Shown: piece by piece, positions 45,778 to 54,526 of the stretch
How positions within the stretch are numbered: the stretch's first letter is position 1
Layout: every line of letters starts with the position of its first letter
Virus record (IMG/VR): IMGVR_UViG_3300015360_000029
Coordinates: 1 to 64,000 of that record
Strand: one strand, 5' to 3'
Source of the DNA: a virus
DNA length: 64,000 nt
Notes under the pieces: model-generated
Seen by the model: the letters and a program-made list of their open reading frames with translations, nothing else
Databases searched by the model: none
What the model was told of the DNA's origin: nothing
Program-made: the position numbers and the translations under genes

Positions 45778-47664
45778 CTACCCAATCAAGAAGCTCACAT
45801 TCCCTTGGTTCACGTGTCCACCGTACTCGAAGTTCAAGATTTCTTCCTTGAGCTCAGTCATGTCTTGTCTGGCTTCCGAAACCAGAAGCTCTCCGTTCTG
45901 CGAAATCGTGCCAGCAGCACCAGGCGTACCAGAGCTAAAGCGTGATCGAATCAAACCAAGCTGCATCTTGCATTCAGCTAACGCCCAATTTTGAATGAAT
46001 TGTTTTGCCCAACGATCTACTAGAATCTCTTGTTCAGTACGCTCCATCATGCATTCAAGGATCACTTTTTCAGTTCGAGCCACTCGCCGAGTCAACAGCA
46101 ATTCGCGACTTGGTTCATCCCAGAGGAACGTCATGTCGCCTGCGAAGATTCGTTGGAACTCTTCGGAGAGCGAGCTGATCAGATGCAACGATAAGATGTC
46201 GACTGTAGCTGCAGAATAATACGAAGTCAGGATACCAGATGACCAGATCGCATCATTCCCATTCGCAGTCTCGATACCAAGAACGTTCAGCCGATGAACC
46301 TTCTGAACATCGACAATTCGATCAGTCCTGTTCGATGAAGAATTCAAGTAGTACGTTTGCTGGCCAGGCATCAAAGTGAACATCACGAACTGTTTTCTGT
46401 ACGCAGCGTCTGTCCATTGGCGATAGTTGTCGAGCGCGTTGTCGATCCCAATATTGAATTGTTCTTCCTTGAGCTCTACACAGGTCTGAGGCCACCCAAG
46501 TTGACCCTTGAGAATTTTGATCACTCGAATTCGCTCATCATACGAACCGTCGTTTCCTATGGCGATCTTGTCAGTCGTTGGGGTTCCTTGCTGGTGAGTA
46601 TTAACTTGAATCCAAGACACACCATTGAACGCACCAAGAACACGAAGTTTCGTATTGTAGAAAAGCAAACCAAGATATGGATCGATCAATGGCTCACTTT
46701 CAGTTTTCAAAGCCATTGTGAATGCTGGGATCAAACTGCTTCCAGTATTGAACAAAGAGTTGGATGCATCTGGATAAATCCAGGCGGTACCATTGTAGTA
46801 CGCAGCACGTTCTTCAGTATAATTCCAAACGAAATCACCAACACTTGCAGTATTTGGAAACGTTGTCACACCGCGAACTTCAGCAAGAGGCGTCCAAGCT
46901 GGTCCTGGAATTTTGAATTGGACATTCGTTGAATTTCCGTTCTGCCAGCGAGCCCCGTCAAATACTTTCAGTTGTGAACCATTCAAAAGATACGTTTGTC
47001 CAGAAACACCTGGGTACGCATCGCCAGTACGAATCCAATCAGAACGAGTTGAGATCCACTGTGATCCTGTCCAGTACTGAACGAAATTCAGCTGCTCGTC
47101 GAAGTACACTGTTCCGGGTGTTGGAGCAAGAGGGGCTTCTGGCAGTGAAGGAATACTTCCAGAGAATGTTGACGAATCTTTCTCGACGCGCGAGGCTTCA
47201 AGTGGGTACGATTGTACTCCAATTGGGTAGTACTGCAGGATGTTTGACGACGGGTGGATTGATGCGAAGTACAGCGTAGTACCGTCTGTATTCGTAATCG
47301 TGATCTCGAACGTTTCAGTCTTGTTCGCGACATCAATAAGTGTTGCAGCAGGCCACGGCTGATTCAAGATCTGAGAATAGAACGCAACAACGTGCGCTCC
47401 GCTCACCCCTTCTATTCGATCCGCTGGTACGTTCATGTCCGTCGATGAAGTATATTGCACCCCATCAGACGGATAGTTCACGGGCGAGATCGCCTTTTCA
47501 TTCAAGACGATTACTGCGCCATCAACAGTTCCAGCGTCAGTCGGACGAACAATCGTGAGTTTGATTGTCGTAAGTGACGGGCGAGAGATGTCGATCTTGA
47601 AGAGACGTGCTTCGACCCATAAATCGTGGGTCGAGCGAGCTGAGATGTCAGAGCTGGAAGCCAT
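45778..47664 (-). CDS. gp13: Neck protein with long N-terminal extension
   Basis: C-terminal LGWP...VEL...Q....IDNAL..Y, WALAECK..LG.IRSRF, NGELLVSEA..D...L. Confidence 0.8.
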   Translation of the reverse strand: MASSSDISARSTHDLWVEARLFKIDISRPSLTTIKLTIVRPTDAGTVDGAVIVLNEKAISPVNYPSDGVQYTSSTDMNVPADRIEGVSGAHVVAFYSQILNQPWPAATLIDVANKTETFEITITNTDGTTLYFASIHPSSNILQYYPIGVQSYPLEASRVEKDSSTFSGSIPSLPEAPLAPTPGTVYFDEQLNFVQYWTGSQWISTRSDWIRTGDAYPGVSGQTYLLNGSQLKVFDGARWQNGNSTNVQFKIPGPAWTPLAEVRGVTTFPNTASVGDFVWNYTEERAAYYNGTAWIYPDASNSLFNTGSSLIPAFTMALKTESEPLIDPYLGLLFYNTKLRVLGAFNGVSWIQVNTHQQGTPTTDKIAIGNDGSYDERIRVIKILKGQLGWPQTCVELKEEQFNIGIDNALDNYRQWTDAAYRKQFVMFTLMPGQQTYYLNSSSNRTDRIVDVQKVHRLNVLGIETANGNDAIWSSGILTSYYSAATVDILSLHLISSLSEEFQRIFAGDMTFLWDEPSRELLLTRRVARTEKVILECMMERTEQEILVDRWAKQFIQNWALAECKMQLGLIRSRFSSGTPGAAGTISQNGELLVSEARQDMTELKEEILNFEYGGHVNQGNVSFLIG

Positions 47665-47679
47665 TCGGTTCCTTCGATG

Positions 47680-47701
47680 TAAATACCATGATCAGTATTT
47701 A
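47680..47701. promoter_or_regulatory. Face-to-face pair of TAAATA late promoters
   Basis: taaata (+, 47680-85) and tattta (-, 47696-47701) between divergent genes. Confidence 0.55.
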
Positions 47702-47937
47702 TGCCAAAAAGAACTATGTCTTTCGTACTTCACACCTTTCGTCCTTCAGAGACAATCGATGCTGTCATTCGCCTTCTAGGTCGTCACAATCTGTCTCACG
47801 AAGAATTGATTCCACTTCGGGCGGAATTCAATCGAATGAACGATTCAACGTTGCCTAGACCTGGGATGACGATGAAAATTCCGTTACCTACGGCTTCAAA
47901 TCTGAAAACAGAATCTTCTTCAATTCCTGCCGAATGA
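47701..47937 (+). CDS. LysM-like small protein
   Basis: HTFRPSETIDAVIR.....FNRMN...PRPGMTMKIP resembles a LysM/gpX-type fold. Confidence 0.55.
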   Translation: MPKRTMSFVLHTFRPSETIDAVIRLLGRHNLSHEELIPLRAEFNRMNDSTLPRPGMTMKIPLPTASNLKTESSSIPAE

Positions 47938-48232
47938 TCAACCGATTCGCATTGAACTTCGCTTGAACGGTAGTCGAAGCTTCTTGAAGCTCGTGACCAG
48001 CGAACGGTTGGTACCAAATCCTCGCCCAATCGTAACATTGCTGGTCAAGCTCGGCAGCAAAGTTCAAAATACCAACTCGAGTTGGTTCAACTGAAGCGTA
48101 CTTGAAAGACGCTTCAATGCAGTCCTTGTACAACGAAGTAGCCATCGTTGCAGGGACTGCACTTGGGTCTGCTGATGCCGAAAGCATCGAACACAGACAA
48201 ATTGCAGCAACGATTTTAGATTGAAAGCTCAT
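47888..48232 (-). CDS. Exported hypothetical protein (signal peptide)
   Basis: MSFQSKIVAAICLCSMLSASA-DP; probable start 48232. Confidence 0.55.
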   Translation of the reverse strand: MSFQSKIVAAICLCSMLSASADPSAVPATMATSLYKDCIEASFKYASVEPTRVGILNFAAELDQQCYDWARIWYQPFAGHELQEASTTVQAKFNANRLIIRQELKKILFSDLKP

Positions 48233-48488
48233 CAAGAATCGCTTTTCGAACTTCGTCGGCATCAAAAATTGTCCGTGGTCCCGAGTGCAAGACTATTTCG
48301 TTGTTTATCTTTTCAGTCAACGTATATCTGAACTTGTATTCTTGAATTGCAGAATCGAGTGTATCATGAACATTGGCCATATCGATCACGATCATTCCTG
48401 GAAGCTGTACGTCGTTCTCGTGAAGAATAAATCCGCGAACGGAAGCATAATCGATCCAACTGAACGTTTCGACAAGAGTTGCTTTCAC
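48216..48488 (-). CDS. Hypothetical protein
   Basis: 90 aa, GTGA-coupled to the exonuclease gene. Confidence 0.55.
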   Translation of the reverse strand: MKATLVETFSWIDYASVRGFILHENDVQLPGMIVIDMANVHDTLDSAIQEYKFRYTLTEKINNEIVLHSGPRTIFDADEVRKAILDELSI

Positions 48489-49069
48489 GACAGCACCTTC
48501 ATCACGATCTTGGCGATGTTCGCTGCGTCATCCGCGCCGTTATGATGACGACCATCGAGCGTCAGACCGTAGAACTTCAGAGCGCGTTCCATTCCAATCT
48601 CTTTCGCGAGTCCTTCTTTCAGCGCCATCAACGTCTTCACGTTGAAGTGAGCACGCATTCGGTCGAAGATGTTCTGATGACGTTGAATGCCGTACAGCTC
48701 GTACAGACCTCCACGCTCACCTTCGCGTGAGCTCAACTTCACTCGGTCGTATTCACCGAAGCTGAACCAAACGTTGTCTTTCGTGATCTCGTAATCTTTC
48801 TCGATCTGCTCGATTGTGGACAGAATGTCGGCGCCTTCGTCGACTGCTTCTTGCGTCCAACCAGTGAGCTGCGTGCAAAATGGCGAGACCTTTGTTCGGC
48901 TCGGTTTCACTACGTACGACGAAACGTCTTGAACACCCTTGATCTTGTCAAGAACACAGATGCCGATCTCGATGATCTCGTTCGGCATTGAACCTTGTTC
49001 TTCGCGAGTCTCCCAGCACGTAGCTTCAAGATCAACGATGAAAACCCTGTCAAGTGCGGCTCCCATCAA
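48485..49069 (-). CDS. DEDDh 3'-5' exonuclease (ERI1/KapD-like)
   Basis: IVDLEATCW, EIIEIG, FCTQLTG, GEYD, GRHHNGADDA. Confidence 0.88.
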   Translation of the reverse strand: MMGAALDRVFIVDLEATCWETREEQGSMPNEIIEIGICVLDKIKGVQDVSSYVVKPSRTKVSPFCTQLTGWTQEAVDEGADILSTIEQIEKDYEITKDNVWFSFGEYDRVKLSSREGERGGLYELYGIQRHQNIFDRMRAHFNVKTLMALKEGLAKEIGMERALKFYGLTLDGRHHNGADDAANIAKIVMKVLS

Positions 49070-49314
49070 TCATTCCCCAGCACAGATGGTACAGTTGACT
49101 TTTGGCTTTCCATGTATTCTTCGATGCAGTTCTTCTCGATGTTCAGCTGAAGTTGCTCAGCGATCATAGCGTGCATCACAACTGAATGTTGAGCTGCGTA
49201 CTGTGGGCGCGTTTGATATCGCGATTGACGAAGGGTCAATTCGTTGATCATTCTGCCAAGCAGGAAGATCCGAGCTTCAAGCCAGCTCAGTCGTTCGTTC
49301 GAAATTGGATACAT
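49066..49314 (-). CDS. Hypothetical protein
   Basis: Probable start MYPISNERL at 49314; stop overlaps the exonuclease start. Confidence 0.5.
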   Translation of the reverse strand: MYPISNERLSWLEARIFLLGRMINELTLRQSRYQTRPQYAAQHSVVMHAMIAEQLQLNIEKNCIEEYMESQKSTVPSVLGND

Positions 49315-49930
49315 GAAAGTCCTTCGTGCCGGCTTTGAACCAGCTTGGGGTTGTGCGGTTGGTCCAGCGAGCAAACGGTGCTTTCGCGCCAATGTAATAA
49401 TTTTGGTAAGCCAGGACTGGATCATCTTGAACCTTGAATTCGTCACCCATCGCTTGTGGCCACGGAGTGAGGTCACCAGCCGGTATGTTCTTTGGTGGCG
49501 AACTCAAGAAGTCTTTTGTGTCCGTCCACGTCTTGTGTATCTTACCATACCTGTGAGTGAACTCGGCAGCTGTTTCTTGGAGGAGCTTAAACAGCCAAAG
49601 ATAGTTCGAATCCGATTCACGACACCAGATCGCGCACGGATGATTCTGATGCGAGAGGTTGTAGCAAATCGGATCGACGATGTAGTGCTTCTCGACCGTG
49701 GTGCCGGTGAACGGGTTCAGACGCGATTCGAAGATCGTGACTTCTTTACCGAGGAGCTGAATCTTTTGCTTCTTGCCTGATGGCAGAATCTCGACGACTT
49801 GCCGACCGTCGCGGATGCGATGAGCTGTTGAAAGAAGCTGCGCGTACTCGATGATCATCTTGACGACGTGCTTGTCAAGATGCATTTGAGCTGCAATCTT
49901 CGGGTCTTCGTTCAGAACAAAGATGTTCAT
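49277..49930 (-). CDS. Pyrimidine-dimer DNA glycosylase / endonuclease V family protein
   Basis: MNIFVL..DP..AAQ.H.DKHVVKMIIEYAQLLSTAHR, H.NHPC..W, EF..RYGK.H, PQAM, AY.NYY. Confidence 0.8.
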   Translation of the reverse strand: MNIFVLNEDPKIAAQMHLDKHVVKMIIEYAQLLSTAHRIRDGRQVVEILPSGKKQKIQLLGKEVTIFESRLNPFTGTTVEKHYIVDPICYNLSHQNHPCAIWCRESDSNYLWLFKLLQETAAEFTHRYGKIHKTWTDTKDFLSSPPKNIPAGDLTPWPQAMGDEFKVQDDPVLAYQNYYIGAKAPFARWTNRTTPSWFKAGTKDFHVSNFERTTELA

Positions 49931-49932
49931 GA

Positions 49933-51141
49933 TCAGGCCTTGTCGTACAGCTTTTTCATAGCAGTGTCGATGTTCATTTGAAGGACCTTGCCGTAGCTCA
50001 GTTCTAAGGCTCCAAGAACTGAAACCATGTTGTTCGGGCTTTGACCGTCGAGGCCGATGATGTCGAACGTGTCGATGATCGTGTTCAGAGCATCGATGCC
50101 AGTGGCCGAGTTGTAGAAGACGAGCGAAGCGAACAGCATCCGTGCCCGGTTCGGCATGATGCCAGTCTTGAGGAACGGACGAAGAAGCACGTCGAGAGCT
50201 TGCACGCCAGTCTTGCCGGCTTGAACCATTTCGAACGTGACACGACCGCCTGGCTTTTGAGCGATCAAGTTCGCGTACGAAGCTGTCGGCAGCAGAGCCT
50301 TGGCCCAGACGAGTGGATCATCCTCGAGAGTGAGGTTGTCACGACGAGCACGAATGATCGAGATTTCACGAAAGGCCAACTGGCGAAGCATGCCAGCTGA
50401 AGGACCTTCGTTGACAGTCAGGTCAGCGCCAGCAGCCTTGAAGTCCTTGGCCAGCGTGAAGAAGACAGTGCGAGGATCCAGACGACCGTTGTGCAGAATC
50501 GTGCTGAGCTGCGTTTGACCGTCGTGCCGATCACGAGTGACGTGGTACGTTGGAGCCATTTTGCGTGCTCGCTTCATCGCTTCGTCACGATCCAGCAAAG
50601 CGTTCAGCGTCGGCTTTGGGTACGTGCGATTCGAGACCGAAGCGCCGAGGTTGTACGGCGTGACGGTCTTCGAGAACTTGTACGGCTTGAACGAGTCGAT
50701 GCTTTTGACGTGCGTCATCCAACGTGACTTCGCAGTCATTTTGAGGCAGGTGTCGTCGACCAAAGCGCTGTCCACGAACGAATGTGGAACGGAGATTTTG
50801 GAGCAATCAATGGTGTGGTACATGCCGAACAGCGGCATGTCGATCACGACCTCGTCGTACCCGTGAAGCTTGACCAGCATGTTGATGTGCGCGATCGGAT
50901 CAGCTTCCTTGAAGACGTGAAGCTTGCAGTCTTGGTCGGCCTGAAGATCGAAGTCGAACGCGTGAAGCGATTCGTAGAACGCATCGAGGTTCGCTTGCGA
51001 GCACCGCTTGTACATCGCACGTTCACGTTCGCCTGCGAAGTAATACGGTGAATAGAACACGAACGTGACTTCACCGTCCAGCGAAGCTGTCAGACGTGAG
51101 TCGGTGCGAAGGGAATTTGTGATCCAGACGAGTGTACGCAT
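49933..51141 (-). CDS. Photolyase/cryptochrome-family protein, divergent
   Basis: LVW...LR.D N-terminus; TQLS..LH.G.L.PR; RQLAFRE; GKTG...D....L.TG.M.NR.RM.FAS FAD-domain pattern. Confidence 0.7.
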   Translation of the reverse strand: MRTLVWITNSLRTDSRLTASLDGEVTFVFYSPYYFAGERERAMYKRCSQANLDAFYESLHAFDFDLQADQDCKLHVFKEADPIAHINMLVKLHGYDEVVIDMPLFGMYHTIDCSKISVPHSFVDSALVDDTCLKMTAKSRWMTHVKSIDSFKPYKFSKTVTPYNLGASVSNRTYPKPTLNALLDRDEAMKRARKMAPTYHVTRDRHDGQTQLSTILHNGRLDPRTVFFTLAKDFKAAGADLTVNEGPSAGMLRQLAFREISIIRARRDNLTLEDDPLVWAKALLPTASYANLIAQKPGGRVTFEMVQAGKTGVQALDVLLRPFLKTGIMPNRARMLFASLVFYNSATGIDALNTIIDTFDIIGLDGQSPNNMVSVLGALELSYGKVLQMNIDTAMKKLYDKA

Positions 51142-51147
51142 GAATGC

Positions 51148-51156
51148 ATTATACCA
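51148..51156 (-). promoter_or_regulatory. Extended -10 promoter TGgTATAAT, 6 nt before the ATG (likely leaderless)
   Basis: attatacca on + strand; no Shine-Dalgarno between it and ATG 51141. Confidence 0.6.
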
Positions 51157-51221
51157 TACCCTGCGGATTCAGGTTCAGCGAATTTGTAACGATTCCTGAA
51201 CCTGTAACGACGAGCGCAGGA

Positions 51222-52091
51222 TCAAGCCTGAACCAGGACGATCCCAGTTTGAGATGTTGTGAACGTGATCAGCAGTTGGTTCGCGCTTGAGAATGTGACG
51301 TCCAACGGTGAGACAATTTTATATCCTGCGACACCAGTATCAATGAAGACTTGAACAATCCCAACGAATGGCGCAACGAGGCCAAGACTGTGAAGTACGT
51401 TCCAACTTGTTGATGGCGTGTTTTGCGTATGCCGATACGAAGATCCTGAAGAGACAACAACCCACCCAGAAGAAGTTCGAACATTCAGCGTGCTTGCGAT
51501 GCTGTTGAACCAAGTTTGACCAATGTACGGGGATGTTGGTGCCGTTCCACTTGAAAAGTTCTGAGCAAGATCGATGAGGTTCTGAGAATACGATTCTCCC
51601 CATGGGGATACGTTCCTACCTGTAAGTTCAATAGGACGATTTGTAAGTGTTACACCAGGCGGAATCAAAACAGAAGATTCACCGGCAATTGGAATCAAGT
51701 ACGTGCTGATGTTCGTGATCTTACCTGTCGTCACATCGCCAATTGTGAGAGCTGAACCAACCGTTTCATTCACCCTGATTTCTGTGCTTCCAGAAATGAA
51801 CTGGCTTGATGGGTTCGTGCCAGAATCAAGAAGAGACACAGGCGTATACACTGTGTACTTCCCTGCGTAGCTCGCATTGTTCGTGACTTCAAATGTTGTT
51901 GCGACAATCGAGTCGTATCCAACAGGCGTTGTTCCTGAAGTGTAGAACGCTTGTGTCGCGAACGGCGATACTTGCTGCCGATAGAACTTCCCTTGAAAAG
52001 AGCTGACAAGGTTCCCAGCGATCTTCAAAACTGCTGGAGAACCTGGAGCACCAGAAGGCGAAATTTGAACGATTGAAAATGAGCGTGCCAT
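51222..52091 (-). CDS. Virion structural protein
   Basis: L.GRN...WGE...QN...L.QNFS...P..P..GQ.WF motif; C-terminal H.Q..PS..W.V.H.LG module; TAAATA upstream. Confidence 0.7.
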   Translation of the reverse strand: MARSFSIVQISPSGAPGSPAVLKIAGNLVSSFQGKFYRQQVSPFATQAFYTSGTTPVGYDSIVATTFEVTNNASYAGKYTVYTPVSLLDSGTNPSSQFISGSTEIRVNETVGSALTIGDVTTGKITNISTYLIPIAGESSVLIPPGVTLTNRPIELTGRNVSPWGESYSQNLIDLAQNFSSGTAPTSPYIGQTWFNSIASTLNVRTSSGWVVVSSGSSYRHTQNTPSTSWNVLHSLGLVAPFVGIVQVFIDTGVAGYKIVSPLDVTFSSANQLLITFTTSQTGIVLVQA

Positions 52092-52118
52092 GTGATACCT
52101 GATCTTTGTTCGATTAGG

Positions 52119-52124
52119 TATTTA
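52119..52124 (-). promoter_or_regulatory. Late promoter motif TAAATA
   Basis: Intergenic, upstream of 52091. Confidence 0.6.
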
Positions 52125-52143
52125 TGACTTTCAGGAAACGTTC

Positions 52144-52608
52144 TTAGACGAATACTTTGGAGAACAGACCAACGTTGTCGGCGTGAGATGGAGCAGTCCA
52201 GCCTGCAGGCTTGATCATGTCAGGCAAGCCAAGTGGATTCAGGCGTGATGGATTGACGCCTGGTTCTTTCGTCATGTTCGCATCACGAACACGTGCCCAA
52301 GCTTCGTAGCTGTCGACATCGAATGCGTTCAAAGTGCCGATCGCAACGACGCACAGGTCAATCAAAGCATCGACAGTGTTGTCGGCACGCTCTGACGGAG
52401 TGTGATTCAGATTGTTATCGAACTCGTCTGACAGCTCCGTCAGTTCTTCACGAAGGAAGTCAATGCGGAACTTCAAGAACGTTCGAAGCTTCTCGCGATC
52501 GAGATTCCGAATGACTGGGTTCACACCGAACTTGTCGTGCATGTTAGCGATGTCCTGAACCCAATCACCTTCAAGGGTGAAGTCGATGTCTTGTGCTTGC
52601 AAAATCAT
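52144..52608 (-). CDS. MazG/PRA-PH-like nucleoside triphosphate pyrophosphohydrolase
   Basis: FL.EEL.E, VDALIDL, AW..V..ANM.K, KP.GW.AP. Confidence 0.8.
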   Translation of the reverse strand: MILQAQDIDFTLEGDWVQDIANMHDKFGVNPVIRNLDREKLRTFLKFRIDFLREELTELSDEFDNNLNHTPSERADNTVDALIDLCVVAIGTLNAFDVDSYEAWARVRDANMTKEPGVNPSRLNPLGLPDMIKPAGWTAPSHADNVGLFSKVFV

Positions 52609-52636
52609 GGTTGCTCCAGTTGTGAAGCATAAACAG

Positions 52637-52645
52637 ATTGTATCA
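52637..52645 (-). promoter_or_regulatory. Extended -10 promoter TGaTACAAT
   Basis: Intergenic, upstream of 52608. Confidence 0.5.
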
Positions 52646-52677
52646 TGAAGATTTGATTGCTGATCCGTGATTCAGGA

Positions 52678-52860
52678 TCAGGTGTTCATTGGGTTCGATC
52701 GCATCAAAGCTTGACGCTGAAGCTGCCTTTTAACACGCTGAAGATCTTCGATGTCGATGAACACTTCGATCGTTCCGTCGACGTACGTGACGCGGCATTC
52801 GACTTCGTGAGGATCGTTTTCATCGAGCTGAATGTACTCAACAGTTTTGAACATCTTCAT
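52678..52860 (-). CDS. Hypothetical protein
   Basis: 60 aa, ATGA-coupled to the ACP gene. Confidence 0.6.
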   Translation of the reverse strand: MKMFKTVEYIQLDENDPHEVECRVTYVDGTIEVFIDIEDLQRVKRQLQRQALMRSNPMNT

Positions 52861-53096
52861 TCTTTGACCTTGTTCAAGTACGCCAGAACATCACCGAACG
52901 TTCTGAACGAATCAGCATCTTCGTCGCTGATCTCGATCTTGTACTCGTCTTCGAGCGTCATCACGAACTCGAGGACATCGAGTGAATTCATTTCGATCTC
53001 TGCGAACTTTGTAGTTTCGACGATCTTTGTGGTGACATCTGAATTGAACGACATGAGCTCTGAAAGGATAAGCTTCAAATGATCGATTGTCATCAT
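52857..53096 (-). CDS. acpP: Acyl carrier protein-like
   Basis: 79 aa acidic; EMNSLDVLEFVMTLEDEYKIEISDEDA....T.GD...Y; AAGGAG RBS. Confidence 0.8.
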   Translation of the reverse strand: MMTIDHLKLILSELMSFNSDVTTKIVETTKFAEIEMNSLDVLEFVMTLEDEYKIEISDEDADSFRTFGDVLAYLNKVKE

Positions 53097-53131
53097 GGGA
53101 ACTCCTTAGTTAGAAGTTCTAATTCTAAACA

Positions 53132-53187
53132 GAAAGGGCTCCCGTTGGGAGCCCTTTCGAGGATCGACCGAACCTCTTTCGAGGTTC
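53132..53187 (-). terminator. Tandem hairpins / terminator after major capsid gene
   Basis: gaaagggctccc-gtt-gggagccctttc (53132-58) plus GAACCUC-GAAA-GAGGUUC on the minus strand (53170-87). Confidence 0.8.
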
Positions 53188-53195
53188 ATCTTGGA

Positions 53196-54500
53196 TCAGC
53201 TGAACGTGACGTTCTTCACGAGGATACGTGAGTAGTAATCGGCTGAGTTACCAAGGGAAGTACCGACGTTCGTGAACGTAGCCTTGCCGTAACGGGTCAT
53301 CAGCGACACTGCTGGCATGAACGTGTTTGCGTCCATGACGATGCCAGTGCTCATCAGCGGGATGTATGGGCAGTAGAAGTACCCTGAGTCGAGCTCAGAT
53401 GCACCACCCTTGTAACCGATCAAGATGTCTTCGCCGACGTCGCCTGAGGCGTTGACGATGCCAGCACCTGAGCCTGTCAGTGAGAACGCGTCATTCAGGC
53501 CCCAGTTATATGAGTACACTTTCATTTGACCGTTCATGGTACCAACGAGCTTGTTGCCTGTTGGATCTGAGAACGAACCAGATACAGCCGGTGCGAACAC
53601 GGACTTTGCAGCAGATTGCAGGATCGAAGTGATCAGGTGACCACCAACGAGCCAGTTACCAGGTCCACGACGTGTCTTGGCACCAATTTCATTGGCCATC
53701 TTGTTCACGAGGATACCCAAGTGAGCGTAACGGTCGCCGAGGTAGTTCGGTGCGAAGCCAGCTGGTGGAGCAGCAAAGTCGAATGTCGAAACAGTCGAAG
53801 CCAGTCCGAGCAAGTCGGTCAGGATTTCGTTGTCGATTTCGTGAGCGATTTGTGCCGACAGAGCAGCTGTCAGTTCAGACTCGAGGTCCAGACCGTGTTG
53901 GCTGTTCAGGTCTTGAGCAGCTTCCATTGTCCAACGAGCTTGCAACTTGCGTGAGCCGGCCGAGATCGTTTGCTTCAGGACTGACAGACGCATTGCGCGG
54001 CCACCGAAGCCTTCAGCGTCAGCTGTTGTTGCAGCGAAACCGTTCGAAGTCGTAGCAGTCAGAGCTGGCGGATAGCCAGTTGTGCCAACGTTCGAGGATG
54101 AATAGAAACGCTTCATCTTCGATGGCGATGCGCCATATTGGCCGAATGCTTCATCACCAGCGGCGATGTCATTGCCAGCAACGACCGTTGCGCCTGTTGC
54201 ATCAGCTGCTTCAGAGAAAGCAAAACGCAGCGAGTACACCAGACCGACTGGGCCTGACATTGGCTGAACACCAACGAGATCTGACGAGATCGTACCTGGA
54301 AGGATACGACGGATCATCGGGATCGTGATCTTCTGGAAGTTCGAGATTGCCGAAGCATCCATCCCGAGAGCGGATTGGGCGGTTTCCATCAGATGCTGCT
54401 TCTGGTTTTCCAGAAGGGTAGACATCACGGATTTCTTGGAACCTTGGAGGCCTTCAAGCAGGGCGTCTTTGGTTTCTTGCCAGTTTTCAATCAATTGCAT
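53196..54500 (-). CDS. gp23: Major capsid protein
   Basis: LLENQ, PMIRR, VGVQPMSGPVGL, RKLQARWTMEAAQDL, EIDNEI, GYFYCPYIPL, MTRYG. Confidence 0.96.
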   Translation of the reverse strand: MQLIENWQETKDALLEGLQGSKKSVMSTLLENQKQHLMETAQSALGMDASAISNFQKITIPMIRRILPGTISSDLVGVQPMSGPVGLVYSLRFAFSEAADATGATVVAGNDIAAGDEAFGQYGASPSKMKRFYSSSNVGTTGYPPALTATTSNGFAATTADAEGFGGRAMRLSVLKQTISAGSRKLQARWTMEAAQDLNSQHGLDLESELTAALSAQIAHEIDNEILTDLLGLASTVSTFDFAAPPAGFAPNYLGDRYAHLGILVNKMANEIGAKTRRGPGNWLVGGHLITSILQSAAKSVFAPAVSGSFSDPTGNKLVGTMNGQMKVYSYNWGLNDAFSLTGSGAGIVNASGDVGEDILIGYKGGASELDSGYFYCPYIPLMSTGIVMDANTFMPAVSLMTRYGKATFTNVGTSLGNSADYYSRILVKNVTFS

Positions 54501-54526
54501 AGTTTTCTCCTGTGAGAGTGGAAGTC

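Noticed and set aside
53100-53195. tRNA or other ncRNA in the hairpin-rich gap after the capsid gene
   Set aside because: No cloverleaf or T-loop; explained by terminator and stabilising hairpins
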